NCBI GenBank assembly: GCA_001000675.1
Contig: LCHW01000001.1
Span: 463 to 64,462, forward strand
DNA length: 64,000 nt
Source of the DNA: Candidatus Wolfebacteria bacterium GW2011_GWE2_44_13
GTDB taxonomy: Bacteria; Patescibacteriota; Minisyncoccia; UBA6257; UBA9933
Direction: 5' to 3'
The notes under the pieces: model-generated
Database searches by the model: none
What the model saw: the letters and a program-made list of their open reading frames with translations, nothing else
What the model was told of the DNA's origin: nothing
Shown here: positions 46,934 through 56,040 of the stretch, piece after piece
Position numbering within the stretch: the first letter of the stretch is position 1
Layout: every line of letters begins with the position of its first letter
Program-made: the position numbers and the translations under genes

Positions 46934-48301
46934 TCACTTACTGTTGATAACTTCTTTAATAGAAGATATCTTATTTGCTATTTTTTGATCAGAGGTAAGT
47001 AACTTCCCGATTTTATCACATGCGTGCATAACAGTTGAGTGGTCTCTTTTCCCCATCTTATGCCCGATATCTGAGTAGGACATCCCAAGGAGATCCTTCA
47101 TGAGAAACATAGCAATTTGACGAGGCTCAACAATTTCTTTTCGTCTTCCTTGATCAGTTAAATCCTTTTCGGTGAGTTCGAAGAAGTTAGAAACAACTTG
47201 CATAACCTGATTCGGGGTTACATTCTTAAACGAATGTTTTGTTGTTTTATCAATAATATCTTCTACAATCGAGCGCGTAACTTCTACGCCTTTTACGTCT
47301 TGATAAAACATAATCTTTTTCAAAACACCTTCAATTTCTCTAATATTTCGCTGCATTTTTTCAGCGATAAACTCAGTAACTGAGTCTGGGATTGAAATAT
47401 GTTCCTGTTCAAGCTTCTGTTTAATGATAGCGAGGCGCATTTCATAGTCCGGATACGATATATCCACAATCATTCCACTACTAAAGCGAGAGCGTAGGCG
47501 TTCCTCAAGAATAGAGGTTTCGTGTGGAGGACGATCAGAGGAAAGAATAATCTGCTTATCGTTGTCGTATAGCGCGTTGAATGTGTGGAAAAATTCTTCC
47601 TCACTCGCAGCTTTACCGGCGATAAATTGAATATCGTCGATAATAAGTACGTCTACTGAGCGATATATTCGCTTCATATCCTCCATTCGCTTGTTTTTAA
47701 TAGAAAATACGATGTCATTCACGAACTTTTCCGATGGAATATACTTTACTTTAATAGTATTCCCATGGGTTTGGCGTATCTGATTGCCAATAGACTGCAT
47801 CAAATGGGTCTTTCCAAGGCCGGAACCGCCATAAATGAATAGTGGGTTGTATTTCTTTCCCATGTCTTTAATAACGGCAAGGGAAGCTGCATAGGCGAGT
47901 TCATTTGAAGATCCTACAACATAGGATTTAAAGGTATATTTAGGGTGTAAATTTGTCTCAGCGTCTATTTTAAACTCGTCAAATGTGGCCTGTTGAGGTA
48001 TTGAGGAGTGTGATTTCTTTGCTTCCCCTGTTGTTTTCTGAGGTTCTACAGGCATAATTGCCACAATATAGCGCACTTTTCGTACGGAATCATCAAGAGA
48101 AATAAGGATTTCTAGGATGGATTTATGGTACTTATTTTCCACCCATTCCTTTGCAAAGTTATTAGCAAGGGAGACAACAAGTTCCCCTTCTGGAGATCGG
48201 TCAATAAGGCGGCTGTTTTTAAACCAAGTCAAAAAATTTGGCTGGGTCATTTGTACTTCGAGCTCCGCTAAAGCGGATTTCCAGAGTTGATCAAGTTCCA
48301 T
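46934..48301 (-). CDS. dnaA: Chromosomal replication initiator protein DnaA.
   Basis: 455 aa; AAA+ Walker A GGSGLGKTHL and the C-terminal DNA-binding domain. Confidence 0.95.
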   Translation of the reverse strand: MELDQLWKSALAELEVQMTQPNFLTWFKNSRLIDRSPEGELVVSLANNFAKEWVENKYHKSILEILISLDDSVRKVRYIVAIMPVEPQKTTGEAKKSHSSIPQQATFDEFKIDAETNLHPKYTFKSYVVGSSNELAYAASLAVIKDMGKKYNPLFIYGGSGLGKTHLMQSIGNQIRQTHGNTIKVKYIPSEKFVNDIVFSIKNKRMEDMKRIYRSVDVLIIDDIQFIAGKAASEEEFFHTFNALYDNDKQIILSSDRPPHETSILEERLRSRFSSGMIVDISYPDYEMRLAIIKQKLEQEHISIPDSVTEFIAEKMQRNIREIEGVLKKIMFYQDVKGVEVTRSIVEDIIDKTTKHSFKNVTPNQVMQVVSNFFELTEKDLTDQGRRKEIVEPRQIAMFLMKDLLGMSYSDIGHKMGKRDHSTVMHACDKIGKLLTSDQKIANKISSIKEVINSK

Positions 48302-48560
48302 TGGTGTAAGAAATAACTAAAACTCACTTCTCGTGGGTTAATACATGCATTATACATATTTCTAAAAGTAATGCTAATAGTGTGGAAAACTTTATAAATG
48401 GGGAATAGGTGTGGATAACTCGTATGCCCCGCATTAATACTGGCTTAAACCGCTTTTACTATTGACATATATATTCAAAAAATTGGCTTATAAAAAGGTT
48501 TTAGAAGTTGTCCCGTGAGTTATCCACATAAGGAAAATAGGCAATAATCAAGAAGTAATA
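48302..48560. promoter_or_regulatory. dnaA upstream region with DnaA boxes and AT-rich sequence (origin / autoregulated dnaA promoter region).
   Basis: TGTGGATAA at 48410-48418, TTATCCACA at 48520-48528, TGTGGAAAA at about 48381. AT-rich at 48455-48505. Confidence 0.55.
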
Positions 48561-48597
48561 AACAAAAATAATGGAATGATGTAACGTCGTTCCTCAG

Positions 48598-48640
48598 CTC
48601 CTGTCATTCCCGTGAAGACGGGAATCTAGGGTTTTTAAAT
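48598..48640. repeat. Half-copy of the REP-like palindrome (TGTCATTCCCGTGAAGACGGGAATC).
   Basis: Matches the dispersed family. Confidence 0.5.
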
Positions 48641-48757
48641 GTACTTTTTTCTAGAAAAAAGTACCCTCGCCGGCTTCGTGTGGGAACAAATACTTCGCCG
48701 GCATGCCGGCACGTTGCACACTTGCTCTACTCGCTAGCAACGCCAAGGCTCAAGTCA

Positions 48758-48925
48758 CGAACCAGAAATATTTCGGGGTCGCCTCCAAAACAGCAGAAGC
48801 TCGGAACTCGCACGCCAAGGGTAGGCGCGCTCAAACACCGAGCCCATTCGGCAAGCTCAGGGTAAAGCTTCTTCCGATATTTTTCCAGCACCCTTGATCC
48901 GAAATATTCCCATGTTCGTAGGTAA
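48758..48925. repeat. About 165-bp repeat (ACCGAAATATTTCGGGGTCGC...GCTCGGAACTCGC...CTCAAACACCGAGC...ATCCGAAATATTCCCATGTTCGTA). A second copy lies at 61728-61866.
   Basis: Two copies with about 85% identity. Both are adjacent to REP-like palindromes. Track ORFs 48680..48865, 48703..48897 and 48727..48930 fall inside it and are probably spurious. Confidence 0.55.
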
Positions 48926-48989
48926 AGCAAGGAGAAGGCCTAGCTTCTGCTCTTGCATTTTCTTAACAATTCCGATATAGTAGACCATT

Positions 48990-49136
48990 ATGTCAGTCAC
49001 ATACCAACCAAACAAGCGAAAACGAGCTCGAACACACGGGTTTTTGGAGCGAACTTCGACTCCAGGTGGACGACGGGTTCTTATTGCACGACGCCGGAAG
49101 GGACGGAAGCAGTTGACCGTTAAAAAGGCCTGTTAA
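48990..49136 (+). CDS. rpmH: 50S ribosomal protein L34.
   Basis: Not in the ORF track (48 aa). The sequence [48 protein letters not shown] matches the L34 consensus (TYQPxxRKRxRxHGFRxRMxTxxGRxVLxxRRxKGRKxL). Confidence 0.85.
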   Translation: MSVTYQPNKRKRARTHGFLERTSTPGGRRVLIARRRKGRKQLTVKKAC

Positions 49137-49154
49137 ACGATTAAATTTGGCGAT

Positions 49155-49250
49155 TTGCGTTGTCGCCTTCCTCGTTTGTTCCCGCGAAGGAGTTTACTCC
49201 ATCTTGGTCGCAAGCCTCGTCGGCTTCTCGCAACTCATCCAAATTAAAGC
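49155..49250. repeat. Copy C of the rpsL-leader repeat (CGCGAAGGAGTTTACTCCATCTTGGTCGCAAGCCTCGTCGGCTTCTCGC...ATCCAA), lying in the rpmH-rnpA spacer.
   Basis: Sequence similarity to 32575-32685 and 32850-32945. Confidence 0.5.
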
Positions 49251-49269
49251 GTTTAATAATTCTTACGGA

Positions 49270-49593
49270 ATGCTCGCAAAGCGTTACAAGTTGAATATCG
49301 GAGAATTTATCGAAAAAAGGCCTACTTTTGTAAAGAAAGGCCCTTTTTTTGCAGTAAAAATAATAGGAAATGGACTTTCCTACAGCCGTTTTGGTGTGGT
49401 GATAGGGAAAAAGGTAGATAAACGGGCAACGGAGCGCAATAAAATCCGCAGAATGTTCTACCGTATTATTCGAGAAAGAAATCTTGTCATGACTCCCGGG
49501 CAAGATATTATGATCGGAGTGTTCCCTGAGATCAAAAAACTCTCCCAAGAAGAAATAGTAAAAATTGTAAGAGAATTTGTATTTGTAAAATAA
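49270..49593 (+). CDS. rnpA: Ribonuclease P protein component.
   Basis: Directly downstream of rpmH; basic 107-aa protein (…GVVIGKKVDKRATERNKIRRMFYRIIRE…). Start at the internal ATG 49270. The track ORF begins at TTG 49147 and would run through the repeat. Confidence 0.75.
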   Translation: MLAKRYKLNIGEFIEKRPTFVKKGPFFAVKIIGNGLSYSRFGVVIGKKVDKRATERNKIRRMFYRIIRERNLVMTPGQDIMIGVFPEIKKLSQEEIVKIVREFVFVK

Positions 49594-49662
49594 ACGCTCG
49601 GTCTTATTAATGAGGCCGAGTGTTTATTTTGAGTATCCACATCGTCCCCCCCCTAGGTTAAC

Positions 49663-50406
49663 TCATTTTTCTCCTATTATTATCATACAAGCAACCTTTC
49701 CCCTTATCTTATTAAAAAGTGCGTATTGGTCTGCTATTTCTTCAGGGAACACAGGTTCTTTGATGTTTAGTACTTTTAACCCCGCATTTAGAATTGCCGT
49801 AAAGTGATCTTGTAATGTGGTATGTATAACACCCACTTCAAAAAAATCACCTTGCACGGTTTTAAGCTTTGCCTTGAATTGCTTACCCCTACTTTTAATA
49901 TAGTCGTATGTATCGATTTCGTATTTAGCCGCATCACCAAAATCAGTTATCAGCTCTAAAATAGGATGTGGCATTAATAAAATAAATTTTCCCCTACTTT
50001 TTGTAACTCTTGAAATCTCTTTATAAAATTTCAGCAAATCTTCTTGATTCAAATAATTAGTAATATATGTTCCAACGCACAGGTCAATTTCCGAATCTTT
50101 AATACTAATTAGGTCAACCGCATTACCGACTCGATAGTCGATGCCTAATGTATCGATTTGTTCTCTTGCTATGGCAAGTTTGATCATTTCTTCGGATAGG
50201 TCAACTCCTATAACATGCTTTGCGATGCGCGCAATTTTTCTCGTAAAATAACCCTCCCCGCATCCGATATCTAAAACAATCTGGTCAGCTCCGAGGGATT
50301 CAATGATTGCATAAGTTTCTGGGCGACCACAGAAATCACTCTTATGTTTAGGCTCATCTCTGTGCCATTTTGTTGCTTGATGGTCGTAATCAATTGTCAT
50401 AGTCAT
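49663..50406 (-). CDS. Class I SAM-dependent methyltransferase.
   Basis: Motif I VLDIGCGEGYF and the post-I acidic residue (GVDLSEEMI). Confidence 0.75.
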   Translation of the reverse strand: MTMTIDYDHQATKWHRDEPKHKSDFCGRPETYAIIESLGADQIVLDIGCGEGYFTRKIARIAKHVIGVDLSEEMIKLAIAREQIDTLGIDYRVGNAVDLISIKDSEIDLCVGTYITNYLNQEDLLKFYKEISRVTKSRGKFILLMPHPILELITDFGDAAKYEIDTYDYIKSRGKQFKAKLKTVQGDFFEVGVIHTTLQDHFTAILNAGLKVLNIKEPVFPEEIADQYALFNKIRGKVACMIIIGEK

Positions 50407-50513
50407 ATTTATTAGTTACTTTGAAATTCTTCAGTTCTTCAAAAATAATTGACCAAATAGCCCCGAATAAGAACGCACGCTATTGTTAGAAGTACTATGT
50501 GGCTGGGTACTTA

Positions 50514-50834
50514 TCATGCTAATTCTAAAAATAATATCGAACTAACTCCAAGGGTTATGCCAACCATTTGTAGAGGAGAGAGCGGTTCTTTAAAATAAGC
50601 CCAACTAATAAGAGAAAGCGTGGCGATATTTACAATAACAAAAATAGTAGAAGCGACAGCTATATTTTTATATTTAAAACTATACGAAAGGAAAACTAAA
50701 CCAACAAGATAGACGAGTAATCCGAATATAAATAAAAGGCGGTCATTATTAAGAACCCATTTTTTCATAATGATATCACCCACCGTAAGGGTGCATCCGC
50801 CAAGAAAGAGTAGTAGGTAAGGAAAATAATGCAT
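50514..50834 (-). CDS. Small 4-TM membrane protein, SMR/DMT-superfamily-like.
   Basis: 106 aa with four hydrophobic helices. Weak family call. Confidence 0.45.
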   Translation of the reverse strand: MHYFPYLLLFLGGCTLTVGDIIMKKWVLNNDRLLFIFGLLVYLVGLVFLSYSFKYKNIAVASTIFVIVNIATLSLISWAYFKEPLSPLQMVGITLGVSSILFLELA

Positions 50835-50896
50835 TGGGGTAAGGTATATTTCTTAGCATACCAACCTCACTCATGTCTGTCTATGTATCAAAAATG

Positions 50897-50935
50897 TCTA
50901 TAACTATTGCTATAGCAATAGCTATAGACACTTAT
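50897..50935. repeat. 38-bp near-perfect palindrome TGTCTATAACTATTGCTATAGCAATAGCTATAGACA. A twin lies at 54978-55017.
   Basis: Two copies of GTCTATAAC-T-NTTGCTATAGCAAN-A-GTTATAGAC in intergenic regions. Confidence 0.6.
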
Positions 50936-51011
50936 TAAGAATAAAGAGTGTTGCATTGTTTTAAAACAATACTAAGCCTTTTACTTGGATGTATATAAAT
51001 AATTTTCATGC

Positions 51012-51626
51012 TTATTTAGCTAACTTATTTTTCCACAATCCTTTAATTGAAAAGAATGTGGTTGTGGCTACGAGCGCTCCGAGTGTGTCGGCAAGCATGT
51101 CTTTTTGTGCGTCCCAAATATCTCCCTGTGACCCGAGGTAGGCTATGCCCGCTTCTGGGTTTGCGGTTGCTGCATAAATCCATTCGATAAGCTCATAGCT
51201 CATCGCGAGCGAGGCGATAACAAAAACGGGGTAGGTGAATAAAATAAATTTACTGGAAACTAATTTGCGTACAAAGAGCCATTCGGCGATTGCGAATGCA
51301 TAAAAGCCAACCGAGAAATGCGCAATGCGATCAAAGTGGTTACGAGAGAAATCAAACATATTCGTTATCCATCCAAACGGAACATTCGCAAAGGTATAAT
51401 GCCCACCTATGGTGTGTAAATAAATAAGTACAAACATAAGAACGTACGCCATGTTTGAGAAGCGAATTTTTAAGGCATACAAGGCTACGATGGCGGCGAT
51501 AATAAGCCAGACGGTTAGATTTTCCACAAACCATGTTGCCATGTCGACTGGATTAATTGCGAGTACTAAGAATTCGATAGCGTATATTCCAAGAAGCCAG
51601 TAAAGACATTTTGACGATTTTTGCAT
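51012..51626 (-). CDS. Integral membrane protein (YjdF/DUF2238-like).
   Basis: 204 aa with about six TM helices. Weak family call. Confidence 0.5.
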   Translation of the reverse strand: MQKSSKCLYWLLGIYAIEFLVLAINPVDMATWFVENLTVWLIIAAIVALYALKIRFSNMAYVLMFVLIYLHTIGGHYTFANVPFGWITNMFDFSRNHFDRIAHFSVGFYAFAIAEWLFVRKLVSSKFILFTYPVFVIASLAMSYELIEWIYAATANPEAGIAYLGSQGDIWDAQKDMLADTLGALVATTTFFSIKGLWKNKLAK

Positions 51627-51721
51627 AAAGGAATGTATTAAAAGTTAATACCTATATAATGCGGCCTAGCGGAATTGATGTAAAGTACAAAAAACCTACC
51701 CAGTGTGGGTAGGTTTTTAGC

Positions 51722-53476
51722 TTAGATCAGTTGATAATTAATTTCCTTTACCCCATTAACTGCCTTTAGCTTAAAAATAAGTTTCTCAGCCTTTTCCTTG
51801 CTATCTATATCACATAAGATTTTAATAATAGGAAACGCAGTTTTTGAGGGAGGGTGAATATTGGTCAGATTAAGAATGTTTACTCGGGCACGAGAAATAA
51901 CACTTGAGATATCCTTTATTAATCCCAAACGGTCACTTGCAGTGATGCGTATTTCAAGCTGTGGCCCCTTGCGCAATACCGATGTTTCTTTACGAATAAC
52001 ACTGCGAATATGCTGCTTTGCAGCAGATGTTTTTGCTATCTTAAGCCACGACTCAGAAGGCTTTTTATTTTTCTGCACCAAGATGTCTACGAGGTCGCCT
52101 GATTCAATCTGGTAATCAAGCGGAACCATTTTGTTATTCACCTTTGCTCCTACGCAATGGTCGCCAATTTCGCTATGAATTTGGTACGCAAAGTCGATAG
52201 GGGTTGAGCCGGTAGGTAGGTCGATAACTTCGCCTTTCGGTGTGATGGCAAAAACGCGATGCTTAAAGAAGTCTATTTTTAGCGACTGCACAAATTCGTC
52301 TGGTCCGGTAAAATCTTTTTGCCAATTACGGAGCTGATTAACCCAGTTGAGATCAGCCTGCTTTACGGAGAAGGATTTATCTCCTGCGATAAATTCTTTA
52401 GACGTCTTTGCTTGGCTGTATGCCCAGTGAGCGGCGATACCGTTCTCCGCTTCCTCATGCATTTGTAGTGTTCGAATTTGTATTTCGGTCACTCGCTTGT
52501 CTTCGCAAAAGACGGTCGTGTGAAGACTCTTATATCCGTTTGGTTTTGGAAGCGCTATATAATCCTTAATACGACCGGGCATCGGCGGCCATAGTTGGTG
52601 CACCATGCCGAGCGCGCTATAACATTCTTCGACGGTGTTTACGATAACGCGAAGCGCAACAAAGTCATAAATTTGCTCGAGGTTCATGTCGGACCTGAGT
52701 AATTTTTTATATAAACTCGAAAGGCGTTTTGCGCGGTAATCTATTTTTATCGGCTCTATGTTTGCTTTCTTAAGTGCAGTACGCAAAAGAGGCTCAACGC
52801 GTTCAAGATATTGTACGCGCTCTTCATACTGTTCGCTTACATTTTTCTTCATCCATTCATATTCTTCCGGATGGAGATACATAAACGTAAGATCCTCCAG
52901 CTCACCCGAAAGATTTTGCATACCAAGGCGGTAGGCGAGTGGAGCGTATATTTCCAGCGTTTCCAGCGCGATACGCTTTTGTTTTAGGGAAGGGACAGAC
53001 CCAAGGGTGGTCATGTTATGTAAGCGGTCTGCGAGCTTCACAAAAACAACACGAAGGTCTTCGCTGATTGCGAGAATCATCTTACGCAGATTCTCCGCTA
53101 AATGCTCCATACGCTCATGCTCTGTTTTTACAGAGGTACGATATTTAAGATGTCCAAGCTTTGTTACGCCGTTTACTAAAAAGGCGATTTCTTCTCCAAA
53201 GTCTTTCTGTAACGTCTCGAGTTTATATGAGGTGTCTTCAACAGTGTCATGAAGCAACCCCGCGGCAATTGTCGCTGTATCAAGATCCCAGCTTGCGAGG
53301 GTGAGCGCTGTTTGGAACACGTGGTTAAAGTATGGCTCTCCAGAATTCCGTTTTTGGTTTTCGTGCGCTTTTTGCGAAGTTAAGTAGGCCTTTTTTAAAA
53401 GCTCAACTTCGGCGTCGGATAATTTTCTCCGCTTTTCTATTACTTGCAAAAGCGTTTCTAGTGAAGATTTCTGCAT
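51722..53476 (-). CDS. rel: Bifunctional (p)ppGpp synthetase/hydrolase, RelA/SpoT homolog (RSH).
   Basis: N-terminal HD hydrolase (HDTVEDT), synthetase domain, TGS and C-terminal ACT; 584 aa. Confidence 0.9.
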   Translation of the reverse strand: MQKSSLETLLQVIEKRRKLSDAEVELLKKAYLTSQKAHENQKRNSGEPYFNHVFQTALTLASWDLDTATIAAGLLHDTVEDTSYKLETLQKDFGEEIAFLVNGVTKLGHLKYRTSVKTEHERMEHLAENLRKMILAISEDLRVVFVKLADRLHNMTTLGSVPSLKQKRIALETLEIYAPLAYRLGMQNLSGELEDLTFMYLHPEEYEWMKKNVSEQYEERVQYLERVEPLLRTALKKANIEPIKIDYRAKRLSSLYKKLLRSDMNLEQIYDFVALRVIVNTVEECYSALGMVHQLWPPMPGRIKDYIALPKPNGYKSLHTTVFCEDKRVTEIQIRTLQMHEEAENGIAAHWAYSQAKTSKEFIAGDKSFSVKQADLNWVNQLRNWQKDFTGPDEFVQSLKIDFFKHRVFAITPKGEVIDLPTGSTPIDFAYQIHSEIGDHCVGAKVNNKMVPLDYQIESGDLVDILVQKNKKPSESWLKIAKTSAAKQHIRSVIRKETSVLRKGPQLEIRITASDRLGLIKDISSVISRARVNILNLTNIHPPSKTAFPIIKILCDIDSKEKAEKLIFKLKAVNGVKEINYQLI

Positions 53477-53607
53477 AATTATAGTATAGATACTATGTAG
53501 TAATTATAACGAATATGCAAACAAGCCGTTTCTTGACGCGCGCGTATATCCATGATTAAATCGGGGTAGCAAATTAAACTTCAGAAGAGAGAGGAAGGGT
53601 ACTGTGT

Positions 53608-54015
53608 ATGCCATATTTTTATGGAGATTGTAGGCGCAAGGGGATCCGGGTGACACTAAGATCCGCAAATCTAATTCATGCGCTCCTTTCAACAGGCATT
53701 TTTACAAACAAAAAATTCTCTGTCCAAGAAATGGAGATGCTCCTTCATTATTTGTGGGAGAAGAGCTCCCAAGCAACGAGTAACTCGCACAACCAAGAAG
53801 CATGGATGCGCTTGCAAATCATCCTGCGAAATCGCGGGGTGAGTGTCGAGATTTTCTCTGCGGACGAACGATTGCTTTCCGGCGCGATGGTAAATGCGCC
53901 AGCGAAAAATGTGTACCACCTATTGTGGTCTGCTGCCGTTGGACAGCCGCGCTACATCAAGCGCGAGTGGCAACTTCTTGGCAGGCAGCTCTCGTTGTTC
54001 GGTATTTTCGTATAA
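53608..54015 (+). CDS. Hypothetical protein (135 aa).
   Basis: GGAAGGG RBS; followed by the terminator GGCCCGTCT-TTCG-AGACGGGCC plus T-run at about 54028-54054. Confidence 0.45.
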   Translation: MPYFYGDCRRKGIRVTLRSANLIHALLSTGIFTNKKFSVQEMEMLLHYLWEKSSQATSNSHNQEAWMRLQIILRNRGVSVEIFSADERLLSGAMVNAPAKNVYHLLWSAAVGQPRYIKREWQLLGRQLSLFGIFV

Positions 54016-54136
54016 CCTGTTTGCAGTGGCCCGTCTTTCGAGACGGGCCTTTTGTATTAGTTGACAGCTTTTGTGCGAATTGGTTTACTAGGGGCAGAAT
54101 CATATTCTTAATAATTTAATAGAGAGGAGTTGGACT

Positions 54137-54862
54137 ATGTTGCAGACATATTCTGTAGATCAGCTTGAGTACGCGGCACGAAAGTCGGCCGCTTGGCTAA
54201 CAGTCGCTGGGATTTTTGGAGTACTTGTTTCCTATTATTGCGGATTTTTTACGGGGAAGCTCGATGCGCGGATAGGGGGTGGCCTTATTGTGTACCTGTT
54301 GCTCGTGATTATGGTCACGCATTTTTCGGAGGCGCGCGAAAAGGCAAAGTTTGGACACATTAGCGGCGCGGTCATGGAGGTGGTTGAGGGTGAGGTCGTT
54401 GGCTACCACCAAGGACCGCTTCTCTACAAGTTTTCTGAGCTGGGTGAGCGGACACTCGTTCCGTTCTCTATAGAGCGAATGACTGTGACGAGGATGATGG
54501 CGGTTGCATGGATGCCAGGGTTGATCACGACGTACACAGTTGTAATAACCGTGGGCCCAAACCCGCATCATCTGCAGGAGTACTATGAAGGTGCGTGTCA
54601 CGGCGTTGAATTCATCACGGGGAAAGTTCTCGGGACGTTTATCTTACAGAGTGCATCCCAAGAGTGGCCATTTCCTGAAATAAGCGCGCGAACGCAAAAA
54701 GGAGAGGGTGTATATACACTAACCTCCTCAATGCGGGATTTGCTTGCAAAAGAATTGAGAAGTCACGGGTTGTTGCTCTATCACGCGAGTGATTGCTCGG
54801 TCGGCGTGTGGCCGTTCCTTGAGAGTAAGAAAGGATGCGTTAGGAAAAGTGAACTTATGTAA
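54137..54862 (+). CDS. Paralog 1 of a two-TM membrane protein family (241 aa).
   Basis: N-terminal 2 TM, then the family core …VMEVVEGEVVGYHQGPLLYKFSELGERTLVP…. Own promoter (TTGACA 54061, -10 TTTACT) with the leader motif TAGGGGCAGAATCAT. Terminator GGCCCGCTT-AAAA-AGCGGGCC plus T-run at about 54868-54896. Confidence 0.65.
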   Translation: MLQTYSVDQLEYAARKSAAWLTVAGIFGVLVSYYCGFFTGKLDARIGGGLIVYLLLVIMVTHFSEAREKAKFGHISGAVMEVVEGEVVGYHQGPLLYKFSELGERTLVPFSIERMTVTRMMAVAWMPGLITTYTVVITVGPNPHHLQEYYEGACHGVEFITGKVLGTFILQSASQEWPFPEISARTQKGEGVYTLTSSMRDLLAKELRSHGLLLYHASDCSVGVWPFLESKKGCVRKSELM

Positions 54863-54977
54863 TAAGGGGCCCGCTTAAAAAGCGGGCCATTTTTTATGTA
54901 TGTAAAAAGTAAATACGAGATCCCTCGTACGTCTAATGATATATACAACGTGCATTTTTCCTTCTCACCTTCTTTTT

Positions 54978-55017
54978 AAAAGTGTCTATAACTCTTGCTA
55001 TAGCAAGAGTTATAGAC
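54978..55017. repeat. 38-bp perfect palindrome GTGTCTATAACTCTTGCTATAGCAAGAGTTATAGACAC. Twin of 50897-50935.
   Basis: Seen in the sequence. Confidence 0.6.
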
Positions 55018-55200
55018 ACTTGGGAGGCTATGATAGACATAAAAAACAGACATATTTTACAGTAGGGTATTTTTTATTTTGATTAAGAAGAGATAACCCT
55101 TGCGAGCTGATTAAATGCTCTTGAGTTGACAGCCCTGCAAAATTTGTGGTATTGACTACTCAGGACACAAACAACTTAAAAAAGAAATGGAGAGCTGGAA

Positions 55201-55890
55201 ATGAAGATTTATACGTGGGAAGAAGGGATGAAGGCGAAGCAAGGAATTGCCACGCTTAGCATTGTATGCGTGTTTATTTTCGGAGTGCTCGCGTTATGGG
55301 GGCTTCGCACTGGGTGGATTGAAGTATTTGTTGGTTCACTTATGTTTGCGGGGGGTATCGCGGTGTTGGCAGTAAACCGGCTAGATACATTTCGGGCTTT
55401 TGGGCCGGCGTTTATCGTCGACGCCAAACAAAACGTGCTCGGGTACTATCCGGAGGGAGGGTATGTCCGGAAGAGAGAACTGAAGGAAGGGGGAGGGAAG
55501 ATCATTCCCCATAAGCTCGGTCCTATCGATGAGAAGCGACAGCTCCGGGCTGTTGTCGACGGAAAGATTATGACGGTTTGCGTGCGTGCTAGAGTATTCT
55601 GTCACGCAAAGAAGCATCAACTGTATTTTGACAAGTTCTTGCGGTCTGTTCGTGGTGCGGCGCCAACGCCTAATGAGATTGTCGGCAACCTGCTTGCCGT
55701 TTTTCTGCGGCAAAATGAATCTGCGCTTCCAGGGATGTACGACACACAAGGGCAAGACAGCTGTCTTGTAATGGAGCTCCTTGTCGGAGATCTCCTTGCG
55801 GGGTATTTGCTTGACGAACTCGCGTCAAGCGCCCTCCAACTCGATGGCGTCGGGTGTAAGGTTGATGTTGAAACGTCCAGTATTTCATAA
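55201..55890 (+). CDS. Paralog 2 (most divergent) of the two-TM membrane protein family (229 aa).
   Basis: Same N-terminal two-TM layout; core …NVLGYYPEGGYVRKRELKEGGGKIIP…. Terminator GGCCTAGCTCGTTTGCC-AATA-GGCAAACGAGCTAGGCC plus T-run at about 55914-55960. Confidence 0.6.
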   Translation: MKIYTWEEGMKAKQGIATLSIVCVFIFGVLALWGLRTGWIEVFVGSLMFAGGIAVLAVNRLDTFRAFGPAFIVDAKQNVLGYYPEGGYVRKRELKEGGGKIIPHKLGPIDEKRQLRAVVDGKIMTVCVRARVFCHAKKHQLYFDKFLRSVRGAAPTPNEIVGNLLAVFLRQNESALPGMYDTQGQDSCLVMELLVGDLLAGYLLDELASSALQLDGVGCKVDVETSSIS

Positions 55891-56040
55891 TTTACGGAAG
55901 AGACTGCGTAAGGGGCCTAGCTCGTTTGCCAATAGGCAAACGAGCTAGGCCTTATTTTTTAGAAATTTTCTTGACAACCCTTTTAATATAGCGTTGAATA
56001 GGGGCAGATTCATTATCAATTTGAAAAGGAGTGTGGCGAG

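Noticed and set aside
48680-48930. Three overlapping ORFs inside the 48758-48925 repeat.
   Set aside because: They lie inside a repeat that is duplicated at 61728-61866. The frames are not conserved between the copies and there is no RBS.
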